Assembly: GCA_021613535.1 (NCBI GenBank)
Contig: CP075492.1
Location: forward strand, 14,643,205 to 14,707,204
Length of the DNA: 64,000 bases
Direction: 5' to 3'
DNA from: Adineta vaga
Lineage: Eukaryota > Animalia > Rotifera
The position numbers and the translations under genes were made by a program. Within the stretch, counting starts at the first letter, position 1. The number at the start of each line of letters is the position of its first letter. Under the pieces are notes generated by a model that saw nothing but the letters and a program-made list of their open reading frames with translations, did no database searches and was not told where the DNA came from. Shown here one piece after another: positions 24,093 to 35,255 of the stretch.

Positions 24093-24160
24093 TACTCCTG
24101 TCAAATGCAAATGATGAAGTCTATCATGCCTGCTGCTTCAAAGTCGATTTGACAGGAGTA
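24093..24160. repeat. Perfect 14-bp inverted repeat (hairpin) with 40-nt loop
   Basis: tactcctgtcaaat at 24093-24106 has its exact reverse complement, atttgacaggagta, at 24147-24160. The region is intergenic, about 550 nt 3' of the NmrA-like gene. Confidence 0.5.
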
Positions 24161-24361
24161 AATTAACCTCTTATATATACTTTTTTTCGATCTTCATGTT
24201 GACTCTTAATCAGATTGATGGTTTTATTTACTGTATATACACATATTTAATAAGAATTCAAATCTTTTACGATACAACATCTAATTATTAAGAGAAATAG
24301 TTTATATTGAGTACAAATGTTGTGTTTCTTTCACTTTTCATTCATGTCGAATTTGTAAATA

Positions 24362-25788
24362 TTACTTTTTGTGAAATATAATTTTCAGTTGTTGCATCAA
24401 TTCTTTACGGAAAAAAGTGGAACTGAAACAATGAATGTAAAAATTTATCTAGAAGTCAAAAAAGAAAAATGTTTACTTCATGATTATATAAAAAAAGAGA
24501 AAAAATTACGGCATAATTGAGACTTTTAATCCACCATGTTATTGTCAATATATTAATAATCAGATTAATTTCACTAATTGCGGTAGTTCTCGGCAGAATT
24601 ATTCTTGATAAGCCTAAGGGAAGATTCGTCAATACAAAGATACAAATACTTGTCAGTACTAAAATAAACATTTGATTTTGAATATTTCCTTGTCGATTAT
24701 TCGGTTGGCTACCATGTTCAACTTGATTCGGAATAATCACTGCTCTTCTATGTATACGAACATTGATAAAAATATCAAACAGAATAATTAACATCAAAGA
24801 AGCTGGTATCAAACAGACTATTAAAATCTAAATAGACAATTTATAATGGCTCTTTATTTGAAGAATAGAATAAATTCTTGATACTAATTTTCCATGAATG
24901 AATTATGTTTTTACTTTAATTTAGAGAAAGTATTCTTCTTGAAATATGACTGAAATAGTCATTGAATTCAACTTATGAGCGGATATAAACAAAGCGTTTC
25001 GAATGAAACAAAACTAATATATCATCTTTCTACCTGAATAATATTCCATGTTAAGTAATAGAAGAAGAAATATTCGCTATTATAAATTGGTGGTCCACAA
25101 GCTAAACTGGCATGTCCTGGTAATGATATTCCAAATAATGGAGTTAATATATGAGAATGAAGGCCAATATCTATCATAATTAACATTGCGACTGCTATGA
25201 GAACTTTTTTGGGCGTACATATCGAGTTCGATTTGAACGGAAATCGTGTCCGAATCCAACGATCTATCGAAACGATTACCAATATCCATGCTGATGCTAC
25301 TTGCGCTACATTCATAACGAATGTACGAAATCGACATAGTTCACTGTACGCAACATGACGATAGAGAGGAACCTAATTCAAAAAGAAAACAATGTATTTT
25401 TTTAGCAATGAACTAGTAGTACCTTAAAACCAAATTCAATATAATCAAAGACACTCATAAGTAGACATAAAATATCCGAAGTAGCTAAACAAATGAAGAG
25501 ACATCCAGTTGATATCTTTCGTAGTTTTGATCGAGAAAAAGTAAGTAAACTAGCCGTATTGCCAATAAAACCAAGTAAAAATGTAATGGAATAACCGATT
25601 TGATAGAATCGAATGGTGATCAATGGATTAAAGAAAGAATCATAGAAATAGTCCAGGAAATTAACTGGAGTTGTATTATTCATCTTTGAAGTTGCAAAGA
25701 AATGAAAATAAATAAGACAATAAAGATTGTCATATAAAAATTGCCTGAAAAAGTAAGTGACATTTGAGAGAAATCCTTCTCTTTTCAT
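24362..25788 (-). CDS. Rhodopsin-like 7TM receptor (GPCR), 4 exons; paralog of 35256-36388
   Basis: Exons are complement(join(24362..24448,24510..24827,25034..25372,25423..25788)). It has the DRY-like motif SIDRWIRTRFPF. The last exon encodes INFYIHCFSSTFFRKEL (TM7 / helix 8). Introns are 61, 206 and 50 nt, with GTAATT, GTAGAA and GTACTA donors. The exon 2 and 3 boundaries match the plus-strand paralog exactly (both have a 318 nt exon). Confidence 0.7.
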
Positions 25789-26128
25789 ACTAAAAGGGAA
25801 GTTATTACATTGAATGACTATCGAATATAAAAAAAGTTGTTTTTAATTTTGAGGGTATGAGTGTATGTGGACTCATAATATAAGATTCTAATGTCCACAT
25901 AAAATGATTTTAAACATGTTTCTACAGATATCCTTTTATTCAAACTCCCAACAATCTCTGTTTCCAGTCATAGATGATCATTAATGTATGCATTCTTATA
26001 ATTATGTCTATATAAATGAACACGTGAATGAACCAAAGATTTATTTCAGTTTATTTTTAATTAATCTTGGGTTAATGAAGAGAACTTTCAATTTAAACAA
26101 TTATTTTTGAATACTAAATTCTATTATC

Positions 26129-27567
26129 TCATTTTGGATATTGATATATTTCAAGAACGTCGCTTGTATCACTATCTTTCTTTCGAAGGAGAATTAAATT
26201 ATTTTGAACTGTAATATCTGTTATATTTGATGATAAGATCCACTTTTGATCATACCGTTGCATATTGTTATCCAATACATAGCAATATTCTTTGTATGGA
26301 ATGCGAGAAAAAAATAACCAACCAGAATGGTTTGGCAAGTTAAATAATCTCGTCGTGTCTGGAAAATGCTCATAGTCGGTTTCTATGCGACGAAGAGTTG
26401 ACATACCACGATTTCTCAATTTAAAATAGAATAAACCTGTTGTTTTTTGCGAACTAATGAATTTTTCAATGATAACTGCAATATGAAACTCATTTATTCG
26501 AATACATTTGATTTGATCATGTGGTTGACACGAAATCGGTGGACACCAAGAATTGCGTGGCAGCGTATCAATGTGCCATTTGTGATTAGGTGTTGACCAT
26601 TCGTCAATTTTTTTATTGTAAACAATTAAGACAATCTGTTTATAACATGTTAGCATTTTGATATTGTAATTCGATTTAGGAAAAATCTCTTCGCGTGATC
26701 CAGTATTAGGGTCGATCTGATATAATACAGTTGGATTTTTGGACTTAGGAATATTGAGTAACGTCAGAAATCGTCCTATATTTGCACACCAATGTATTTC
26801 AATCGTGTCAGAAAATCCGTGCAGACTTCGCCATGAATTAACATTCAGATATATGTAACAGGTAATTGATTCAAACAGTTGAATGCTATGCTGGAATCGC
26901 TTATTGGGTACATTCGACCTGGCTGTATAAACGACAGATCAATAGATTTCCAAGGTTTTTTGGACGTTAGCAATTAGTCCACAAAATAGTAAACTGGGCC
27001 AGATGTTGAAACTGTAGGCAGAGGTGAAGGAGTCATCGATGGTAAAATCAGTTTGACATGGATTAATTCCTTCGAAATCTCACGAACTTTGGTTTCGATG
27101 GGAAAATATTCGATTTCATGCTTTAGTTGTTCAAATTTACTTGTCAATTGATCAATATCATTCTCACGTAATATAACTAGTTCATCAGATAGTTTAGAAA
27201 ATTTCTCCTTCAACTTATTAGATTCAGTGCATATTATTGCTTGCAAATGTTGACGTGCGCATAGTGCTTGCTGTTAGATCAACTCGATTGTATTCAATTC
27301 CCATTTATTGATGATATCGAATTGTGCTTGAATATCTGTAGACCATTGTTGCTCGTAAAGTGTTGAAATTTTATCTTGCAATGCATTTCTTTCATTCACA
27401 ACTGTATTCTCAAGTAAATCGGTTAAATATTGCCGATGATCCGCGATATGTCGTGCACAAAAATATTTCTGACAGCCAAGACAATGTAGAATACCCACTT
27501 TTGGTTTTTGCTCCTCAGCAATGGTTTCACATATAGCACAAAGATTTGGTAATGACGCACTTGCCAT
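26129..27567 (-). pseudogene. B-box zinc finger / coiled-coil (TRIM-like, no RING) gene with in-frame TAA in coiled-coil and unrelated C-terminal domain; possibly pseudogene
   Basis: The B-box is CAICETIAEEQKPKVGILHCLGCQKYFCARHIADH at 27567 downward. The coiled coil continues in frame across a TAA at 27274-27276. The C-terminal roughly 255 aa domain is an open frame from about 26895 to 26129; the junction between the coiled-coil exon and this domain could not be resolved. It is paralogous to the plus-strand gene 40099-41611. Confidence 0.45.
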
Positions 27568-27980
27568 TATTTATTATCAAAAAAATAATGCCTGACTATA
27601 TTCTGATGTTGTTTGCTTTTGAATCAAACAGCAAAAACAAAATTCATTCACTACTCGAAATTTTTGCATGTTTCTTAATGCAATGAAATTCTTGTCAAAA
27701 CAATTTTCATTTCTACAGCATCAAAAATAATATTCCTAGTGTTTCAACAAAGAATTGAATTCGTTCATAATTACTGTAGATGTCGTATCATGCTATAGTT
27801 TACATATACCATCTCATTTAAATGAAACGTATTTTCATTCGTTGTACAAAATCAACTGTATCATCATAATTCGTCCTCGTTACTCTTTTTCGTTCTCAAT
27901 GTCAAATAACTTATGATCACTTTTTTTCTTTACAAATAATTTCGACTATACCTCTGTTCCAGCTCTCAAGAAATAAGATC

Positions 27981-28262
27981 ATGTTTTCATCATTTTCAAA
28001 AATTATTTTTCAATCACAACTATCTCGATCTTTAATTAAACAACAAAGTCCATTTGCATCAAGCAAAACAAATTCATCATCTCGATCAACATCGAAACCA
28101 ATCGCTGATCCATCAGACAAAGCTGGTCCACACACTCAAAAAGAACGTAGTGAATGGGAAAAAAAAGAACAAGGTTTTACTTCAGATACAGAAACACGTC
28201 AAGAACGAATTCCTCCAAATGAAAAAAAGACGAACAACAAAATTAAATCATCAAAAAAATGA
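27981..28262 (+). CDS. Small low-complexity (Ser/Lys/Glu-rich) hypothetical protein
   Basis: 93 aa ORF starting at an ATG. It is divergently oriented about 410 nt from the B-box gene start. Composition only, no homology. Confidence 0.25.
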   Translation: MFSSFSKIIFQSQLSRSLIKQQSPFASSKTNSSSRSTSKPIADPSDKAGPHTQKERSEWEKKEQGFTSDTETRQERIPPNEKKTNNKIKSSKK

Positions 28263-28496
28263 ACGCATCTTTTATTCGAACTAAAACTATTCTCTTCTTA
28301 TGACTTATAATATAAATAAATTGCACTGAGAGAAAATTTTCTTACAGGCACTTTCTTCTTTTTGAAAGTAAACAAGTGATGTTGTTATTAACAACTTATG
28401 TTAATGCAGTTGCTTCAACGCCTATACTATTTCACATCGACAATTATTATTTCAAAGTGTGAAAAATCGTATCGAAGAAAACAACTCGTTTTATCG

Positions 28497-28715
28497 ATGG
28501 CAGGATCAAAAAGTATCAGTGAACATAATGAAAATATTCGTCAAATGCAATCTGAACTTGAAACATTACGATCTAAAGGTTCACATGCTGGAAGTTCGTA
28601 CAATCGTCATATTGCAGATCGTATTGGTTATCTCAAAGCTCAAATTCATGTCGTTACTTTGAAACGTAATGAAGAAATTCGACAAAGTTATGCACGAAGT
28701 CCCAGGAACGAATAA
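28497..28715 (+). CDS. Small coiled-coil hypothetical protein (~72 aa)
   Basis: ORF 28398-28715, with an internal ATG at 28497 (MAGSKSISEHNENIRQMQSELETLRSK...). It is heptad-like, with no recognisable family. Confidence 0.3.
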   Translation: MAGSKSISEHNENIRQMQSELETLRSKGSHAGSSYNRHIADRIGYLKAQIHVVTLKRNEEIRQSYARSPRNE

Positions 28716-28871
28716 AAACTATGTAAATTACATCGTTGAAAGGATTTTATTTTATTTTCAAAGACAAAAAGACGTAGATTGTCATTTTTATCAACGAGTT
28801 TTTTAATATATAAAATGCTTAAGTTTCTTTTATAAGAGATAAGACGATTCATCTTCACAAACTATACGAAA

Positions 28872-29816
28872 ATGTGCTTTATTGAAAAGAATGTTGTTGT
28901 TGTCTTAATTTCGTTTATTTTCTTTTTCAATTTATTGAACATATCAAATGCAGTAGATCCTTGTATTTATGATTTAAATCCCAAAGGTATTATTGATTTA
29001 ACAAGTGTTGGACATAAAGATGGTACACCTGTTTGGAAAGATGTTTTTCCAGAAAGAAAAGATGATCATGGTAATTATTATATTCAAATCAATCGTAATA
29101 AAAATCATTGATAAAGACATTATCCATCATTTTTCTAGTGTATTCTTACAATCCATGTCATTCATTTACTCAAGGTAATTGTGTAGATGTTGCTGCTTGT
29201 CAAGGTATAAGAAAATTTGATATCGTGTCTGCAAGAGAATAATTTGATGTAATTCTATTTGAAGCATATGCTACGGATGAGAAACTAACCTATTCATTGG
29301 GTACTCAAAATAGTGTTCAATGGAGAACAACAGTTGATCAAGAAATACCAACATTGGTATATAAAAGTGCAGATCGAACGTTGGAAGTTAGTTTAAAATG
29401 TATCGGTGCAAAAGAATCTGATAAATTAGATGTAGTAGGAGTTGATTCAATAAAACAAATCTATCTCATGACATTATCTTCCAAATGTGCTTGTTGGAAT
29501 GGGTGTAAAGGTTATTTCTTTGATTACATACTTATCATTAAATTAGATTCTATGATATATTTCAGGTGGTTCTGGTACGAAATCAAACGGTGAAATAAGT
29601 GGAGGAAGCATTTTTCTTATCATCGTGTTGATTTTATTAATTGTCTATTTGATTGGTTTTATGGCATTCAATAAATTGAAGCGAAAAGCAACAGGAATCG
29701 ATATAATTCCACATCGTACATTTTGGGTTTCATTACCTAATTATGCAGTGGCAGGAACGAAGTTTACCTTTGGAAAAATAACGAACCAAAAAACAAATTA
29801 CAATGCTATCCCATAA
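28872..29816 (+). CDS. Mannose-6-phosphate receptor homology (MRH) domain type I membrane protein, 4 exons
   Basis: Exons are join(28872..29070,29139..29204,29265..29510,29566..29816), with introns of 68, 60 and 55 nt. It has a signal peptide, an 8-Cys MRH-like domain (DPCIYD...YSYNPCHSFTQGNCVDVAACQ...LKCIG...SSKCACWNGC), a TM helix (IFLIIVLILLIVYLIGFMAF) and a short cytoplasmic tail. Confidence 0.65.
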
Positions 29817-29891
29817 AAGATAACTTTTTTTTCCAAATTTATTTCAATTTATAACGAAAGAATAAATAACTTTTCTCGTTTTATGTTACAA

Positions 29892-30263
29892 CTAATAATA
29901 ACAATAATTACAAAAACTTTCTTCATTATAATCAACTTTTCGCCATACAATGACTTCTAAATTACCTTCCATTCGTTGTTTTACTCGAAGTCCATGAGTT
30001 ACAGGGCACATATCTTTCATATTTCCATTACATGTATGATTTCCATGTTTTCGTCGATCAGCATATTTTTTTGGACAACATCTACAACTTAAAGTTCGCC
30101 GTGCAAAACCATTATTATTATATGTCCACTTGCGCCAATGTCGACTCTCAGGATTTTTCTCTCGTCGTTGACGCTTATAAGCACTTCGTGTATTGTTTCG
30201 TTGCGTACGAGCTCGAGATTTAAATTGATCAGAAACAGTATCAAATGTGTAGTCGTTTGACAT
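29892..30263 (-). CDS. Small basic Cys/His-rich hypothetical protein
   Basis: 123 aa ORF from the ATG at 30263. It contains RCCPKKYADRRKHGNHTCNGNMKDMCPVTHG, a possible zinc-ribbon-like spacing, in a highly basic sequence. No family is recognised, and internal splicing cannot be excluded. Confidence 0.3.
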   Translation of the reverse strand: MSNDYTFDTVSDQFKSRARTQRNNTRSAYKRQRREKNPESRHWRKWTYNNNGFARRTLSCRCCPKKYADRRKHGNHTCNGNMKDMCPVTHGLRVKQRMEGNLEVIVWRKVDYNEESFCNYCYY

Positions 30264-30926
30264 ATAAAATGTATTTCTGAGATATTTGAAATCATGTAGT
30301 ATAGATCTGTGTTTTTATACGTTTGTTGCGGCTTATTCATCGATACTGATGATACATTTTACAGAACGCAAAACAAAGTCAACGAAGAGGCATGCTTATC
30401 TTTCTTTTTGTTTTTCACTACATTATTTAGATAACGATGACTCATCTACTGATATATATCATGACGACATGCACTTTTGAATATAATACGATTTTCTTCT
30501 CCATACATTTTCATCCATCTGTTGCAATACCAATTTTTTTTATTCGTGATAGGATATGAAATGAATCATAACAATTGGAATCATTCAAGAAACAAAGTTC
30601 AGTTGATGCATTTCGTAGATGATACGGTCGACTAGAATAAACGAATTATTTTTCACATATGTTTGTTAAACTTTGTAATTTATCATTACAACATTTTTTT
30701 TAAAATACTTCCACTGAAGAAGACAAACGGTGACTATTCTTATTAGTTTTTGATGGAGGATTACACATATATTCATACAATTGAAGCATATTAAACAACT
30801 TGACATGTCGTGATAGTTTAGCAAAGAGATACGATGCTGCGTTTTTTTTATTGAGCACAGTGCAAAGTATAAGATTCTCGATCTGTGAAGGATTGATTTT
30901 AGTTTTTTTTTCGCTTACAAATTTTA

Positions 30927-30932
30927 ATAATA
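30927..30932 (-). terminator. AATAAA polyadenylation signal downstream of truncated MVP gene
   Basis: The minus-strand aataaa lies about 125 nt 3' of the MVP TAA (31058-31060), in A/T-rich non-coding sequence. Confidence 0.3.
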
Positions 30933-31057
30933 CAAATAAACGCTTCTTTATTTAGTTTTGAAAAACAGTATTTTAACTATTACACGAATTTTATCGAAAG
31001 AAACGACGGTAAAAAAACCAGAGAGCAAGTAAAAACACACCACAAAAGAACACTGGC

Positions 31058-31898
31058 TTATTTCTCGTCAGTTTTTGACACCAAAAAATTACGGCTAAGT
31101 AGGCAATGTGGAACAAAGAAGCTACTATCCTTCCGGATATCATTGAGATAAGTAAAATGTTCATCGGGTCCTAAGATAACTAATTCGGGTCCAAAAACAA
31201 TTCTTGATTGTTTATTTTTATAATCATAAATTTGAACAACTTCATTTTGTGGAACACAATACGTGACGACTTTCCATCGATCACGTTTTGTTGTTTTTGC
31301 ATTTGTATTATTGGAATTGATATATCGATTAACTAATATATCTGCTTGAAGGAATCCTTCAATTTGTAATGGCAAATCTTTTTCCCATAATTCTTCATGT
31401 TCTGTCAGTAAATAAGTGTTGCCAATAATTGCTCGAACACGACCTGTTTTCGTATCACGTACATAGATACCTTCATTTTCGTCTAGATCATAGAAAAGAG
31501 AATATTAGACATATTTAATAATCTAAAGAGGCGTAATCTACCTAATGGTATCGCTTTTCTTCGTAATAACACTTCAACTTGTGTCGGAGGAATATATTCG
31601 CGTGGTCCTCGAAGAAGCCATCGATCACCTTCAATGACAAAAAATTAATCATTGAAATCAAACATATATTTACGAATTTACCTGCCATCCGTGTTACTTT
31701 ATCAATATCATCTTCAAATGATTCTGTACATCGAAGAATAAGACCTTCATCTTCTTCCAAGATATATATTTCTTGAATACCTTTTTCTAATTGTTCATTC
31801 GGTTGTAAGAAGAAGGATTTTTCACCGATAATTAACTTCTTCTTTCCTAATTGATTCTTTCCATCAACTTCAATAAAAAAATCATTATTATATAACAA

Positions 31899-31934
<36 letters not shown>

Positions 31935-32945
31935 TACCTCCAACTGGATTTAATATGACACAATATTGTCTCGAATTTAAGACTGTAATATCAATAGTCT
32001 TAATAAGTTCTTCATAGACATTTAAAATATGTGTTTCTGTTTGTTCGGATGTGATTAACCATTCATCTCCATTATTTCGTGTTTGACTAAAATCATCTGT
32101 AAATGTATTCAACGCACGTAAATGCAATGCTCTTTTATTCGTTAAGATAAAAGCATCTTCAACATTAACAACTGTTTCATGTGCCAATGGTGTATAAGCA
32201 CCTGGTTTTTTCACTAACCACTGTTCACCTGTTACACGACGCTGACCAAGACGATCGATAAGTTCTTTTTTCGCACTTAATTTTATTGCTTGATTTGGAC
32301 CTATAATCGTTGCATTGATCTGTTCTTCAATCGTTACTTCTTTACGTGGAATATAAGTACCTTAAAAATATACAAACAAGTTTTCAATCGTTTATTGTAT
32401 AGATAATAATAATGATCTACCTGGTCCTTCGAACAACCATTCATCACCTGCTTTTCGTTGTTCACTATGATCATCAAAATCAAGAATAGCTTTTAATCGT
32501 AAAGCTGAATTAGCTGCAACATATTTCAATGGTGTGACCGGCTAGAATGTGATCATTTTCAAAAAGTTTATCTTCTCAATAATAGACATAAACATACTTG
32601 TTTTAAAACTTCACCAGGATATAAAGGAAACGGTTCTTGATAATCATCATGCAATCGAATATTTACATTCGCATGTGATAATTTAATTTGTCCATTTTTA
32701 TCAAATTCGACTTGTCCTATTTGATTTTTAATCACAGGATTTTCCACAATACAATAATGTCTCGGTGGTATTGTAATCATTTTTTCTGGCCCAAAACAAA
32801 TCGTTTCATTATCTTGTTTGAAAAATATCTTCGGTCCAATTTCTAAACGTGTTACACTTATATTCTGATCTAATACATGAATATAATAAAATGGTGGAAT
32901 ACGATAAATAGGACCAGTTTGGGATGAGATATTTTTCGATGACAT
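31058..32945 (-). CDS. MVP: Major vault protein, repeat-domain-only (C-terminally truncated) copy, 6 exons
   Basis: Exons are complement(join(31058..31482,31542..31628,31682..31867,31938..32360,32421..32541,32598..32945)), about 529 aa. There is strong MVP identity: [110 protein letters not shown]. The frame ends at TAA after [15 protein letters not shown], where vertebrate MVP continues into the shoulder and cap-helix domains. Confidence 0.8.
31903..31930. repeat. (TA)n microsatellite inside MVP intron
   Basis: About 14 TA units. Shorter (TA)n runs also occur near 7717-7736 and 8573-8588. Confidence 0.9.
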
Positions 32946-33195
32946 ATTGTTGGAAGAAAACTAAATTCACTTGCTAACTATTTATAACAAACAATTGTGC
33001 GATAGTTGTGAAATATTTTTATTGAATCATCGCAATGTAGGCGCGTTATTGCACAATCAACATAGACGCACATATCATGATTTTCAAAGGACATATTTGT
33101 TTTTCTTTCAACACTCGCAGCAAATGTCCTTTTATTTTCTATTAATAAAAGCGGAACTAAAAGAAGATCAAACATTTGTTTTACAGACTATCGAA

Positions 33196-34128
33196 TTATC
33201 CATTAAGTTCACCGGTTAAAATCCATCTAGTTCCTTCTTCATCTAATTCTTCTCTTGCTCGCTGTAGATATATCTCACTGTCTTCATCTGTTAATATTCC
33301 TTTCCAACGATCATTCGTTCCTTGACAAAAAAATGACTTAGCGCCACCTAAAAACTGTTCTTTTTCTACCATTTTATCTGCATTTGTTTTCATATAATTA
33401 AATGAACAATGTTCTAAAATATCATTCCATCGTAAAGGATCAATATCAATATTAAGAAATGTTGCAATTCGTTTGATTTCATTTGGTAAATCTTTTTTTA
33501 ATTGATAATAATGAACTAAAAGTATATTTGGTAAATGACGCATATTCCACCAAGATTTTATATATGTGAAAAATGATGTTTCCGATTGAGCAACAATATT
33601 TGATTCAAAAAGTTCATTGACAGAGTTCGGTTTGACAACACCTTCGGAAGTACCATTTATACGATGATTATAAATACTACATGCAACATCACGTCCGTCA
33701 CGAGCAACAAAAATATATTTGGCTTTCGATGAGAAGAGAAGTGCATCAAATGGTAAATGACTTTTAATAAATCGTCGATGAGTTTGTTGTTCTAAAATTT
33801 CGAGAACTTTCTCATTCGAACCATATTTGTCTTTATTGAAACGAAAATCAAGCCATGGTGAAACATCCTTTACATTGATAGACTCACTGCCATTGAATAT
33901 TAATTGACCAACGATTTGTTGCATCCATGTTGTACCACATTTTGGAAATGTGTCGATAATAATATCATTATCACGATATTGAAAATGATTCCATAGTTTG
34001 GAATCAAACCAAAAATTTTCAAGTTCGATTTTTTTCCTTGGATATAAAGTGTAGATGTCAGACATTGTTCTCTTGTTAACGAAATGAAAAAGAATAGTTG
34101 TTGTTTTAAAGATTTCAAAAGGTAACAT
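33196..34128 (-). CDS. Cytosolic sulfotransferase (SULT family), single exon
   Basis: It has the PAPS-binding 5'-PSB motif TFPKCGTTWMQQIV, the 3'-PB region RDGRDVACS, and SULT-like C-terminal conservation. The ATG is at 34128; an alternative start (MSD) lies 21 codons in. Confidence 0.85.
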   Translation of the reverse strand: MLPFEIFKTTTILFHFVNKRTMSDIYTLYPRKKIELENFWFDSKLWNHFQYRDNDIIIDTFPKCGTTWMQQIVGQLIFNGSESINVKDVSPWLDFRFNKDKYGSNEKVLEILEQQTHRRFIKSHLPFDALLFSSKAKYIFVARDGRDVACSIYNHRINGTSEGVVKPNSVNELFESNIVAQSETSFFTYIKSWWNMRHLPNILLVHYYQLKKDLPNEIKRIATFLNIDIDPLRWNDILEHCSFNYMKTNADKMVEKEQFLGGAKSFFCQGTNDRWKGILTDEDSEIYLQRAREELDEEGTRWILTGELNG

Positions 34129-35255
34129 TTATATGCAAATCATGTATCAGTTCTACGACATTCTTTTCGTTCTTTCATGATGTAATTCCATAGAAAAAAA
34201 GGAAAAGAAAAAGTTCTGTTCGTCCATATTATGTGATCGACAGAGAAAGATCTGATTGCCATAGCTTTATCATTTGGATTAATTCGATGCATTACTACGA
34301 GGAATGGTTCTTTCTTCGTTATATAGTTAATAAAAATGTCTCCAATACCCTATTGTTTTCTTTTCTTTTGTACTAAAATAGAATGTACTTTGCGTATATA
34401 TATTCTAGGTCATAGTCAGTACTCAATGAGATATGACTATTCGCGTTATTCGGGTATTTCAAAATCGATCAAGATGAATTGAATACAATAATGACCGCAT
34501 AAATGCGTATAGATAACAATTTGTGTAATGATTTAAAACTTGATGCTTGTTTATTAGATGTCTATGAAATATTGCTTCAATATCTGGTAGGTGAGGGAAG
34601 ATATCAATAATTCGTAATAATTAATTCTATTTACCAGTTTTATCTGTAATAAGAAAAATTCTCGTTTCATAACTATTGTTATCATCATATAATTTATCAT
34701 AACACACAATTGGAATACTTATTTGAAGTCTAATTGTATTTGAAATTTCAGATAGTATTGAAGATCTGTTTTTATCGAACAGCAATCAGAATTATATATA
34801 AATGATATACTTTTATCACAAAATGATTGGATCCAATAAACATTCGTTGTTTTTTTATTATAGGAAAGTACCTAAAATTTATTCTTATTCATCACAAGCA
34901 ATGCGTGATGTTGAGCCTCATAGTATTCTAGTTCGATCTGACAATTTCTGGGACGGTTTGAATCTAATCTTATTATTCCTTTTTTTTAGATTTATAATCT
35001 CTAGGACATATATATATATATAGAAAAAGAATGAAATACTTCTGAAAATTTGTTAAAGAAAAGTTACTCGTGATTTTTAATATTTATCCCAATTAAAATA
35101 CTATGGATTAGTAAGAAAAGAAGATTATTTTGTTGATACTTTGATCTATATCTTTTTATAATTGAATTTACGTAGCTTCAGCTATAAATTAATTATCACG
35201 AAAGCAAAATGGACAATATAAAATTTACATTTTATTCACAAGAAAGAATATCAAT

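Noticed and set aside
27274-27276. A ciliate-type genetic code (TAA = Gln), suggested by the TAA aligning to Gln in the B-box paralog
   Set aside because: At least a dozen other genes in the window end at TAA or TAG exactly where homology ends (P4H, permease, SDR, MVP, UPO, sulfotransferase). TAA/TAG therefore function as stops here.
30300-31057. Continuation of the MVP gene (shoulder / cap-helix exons) downstream of 31058
   Set aside because: No frame stays open for more than about 30 codons on the minus strand. The sequence is A/T-homopolymer-rich with an AATAAA signal. The GTAATT at about 31070 inside the last exon is not used, because reading through it preserves MVP homology.
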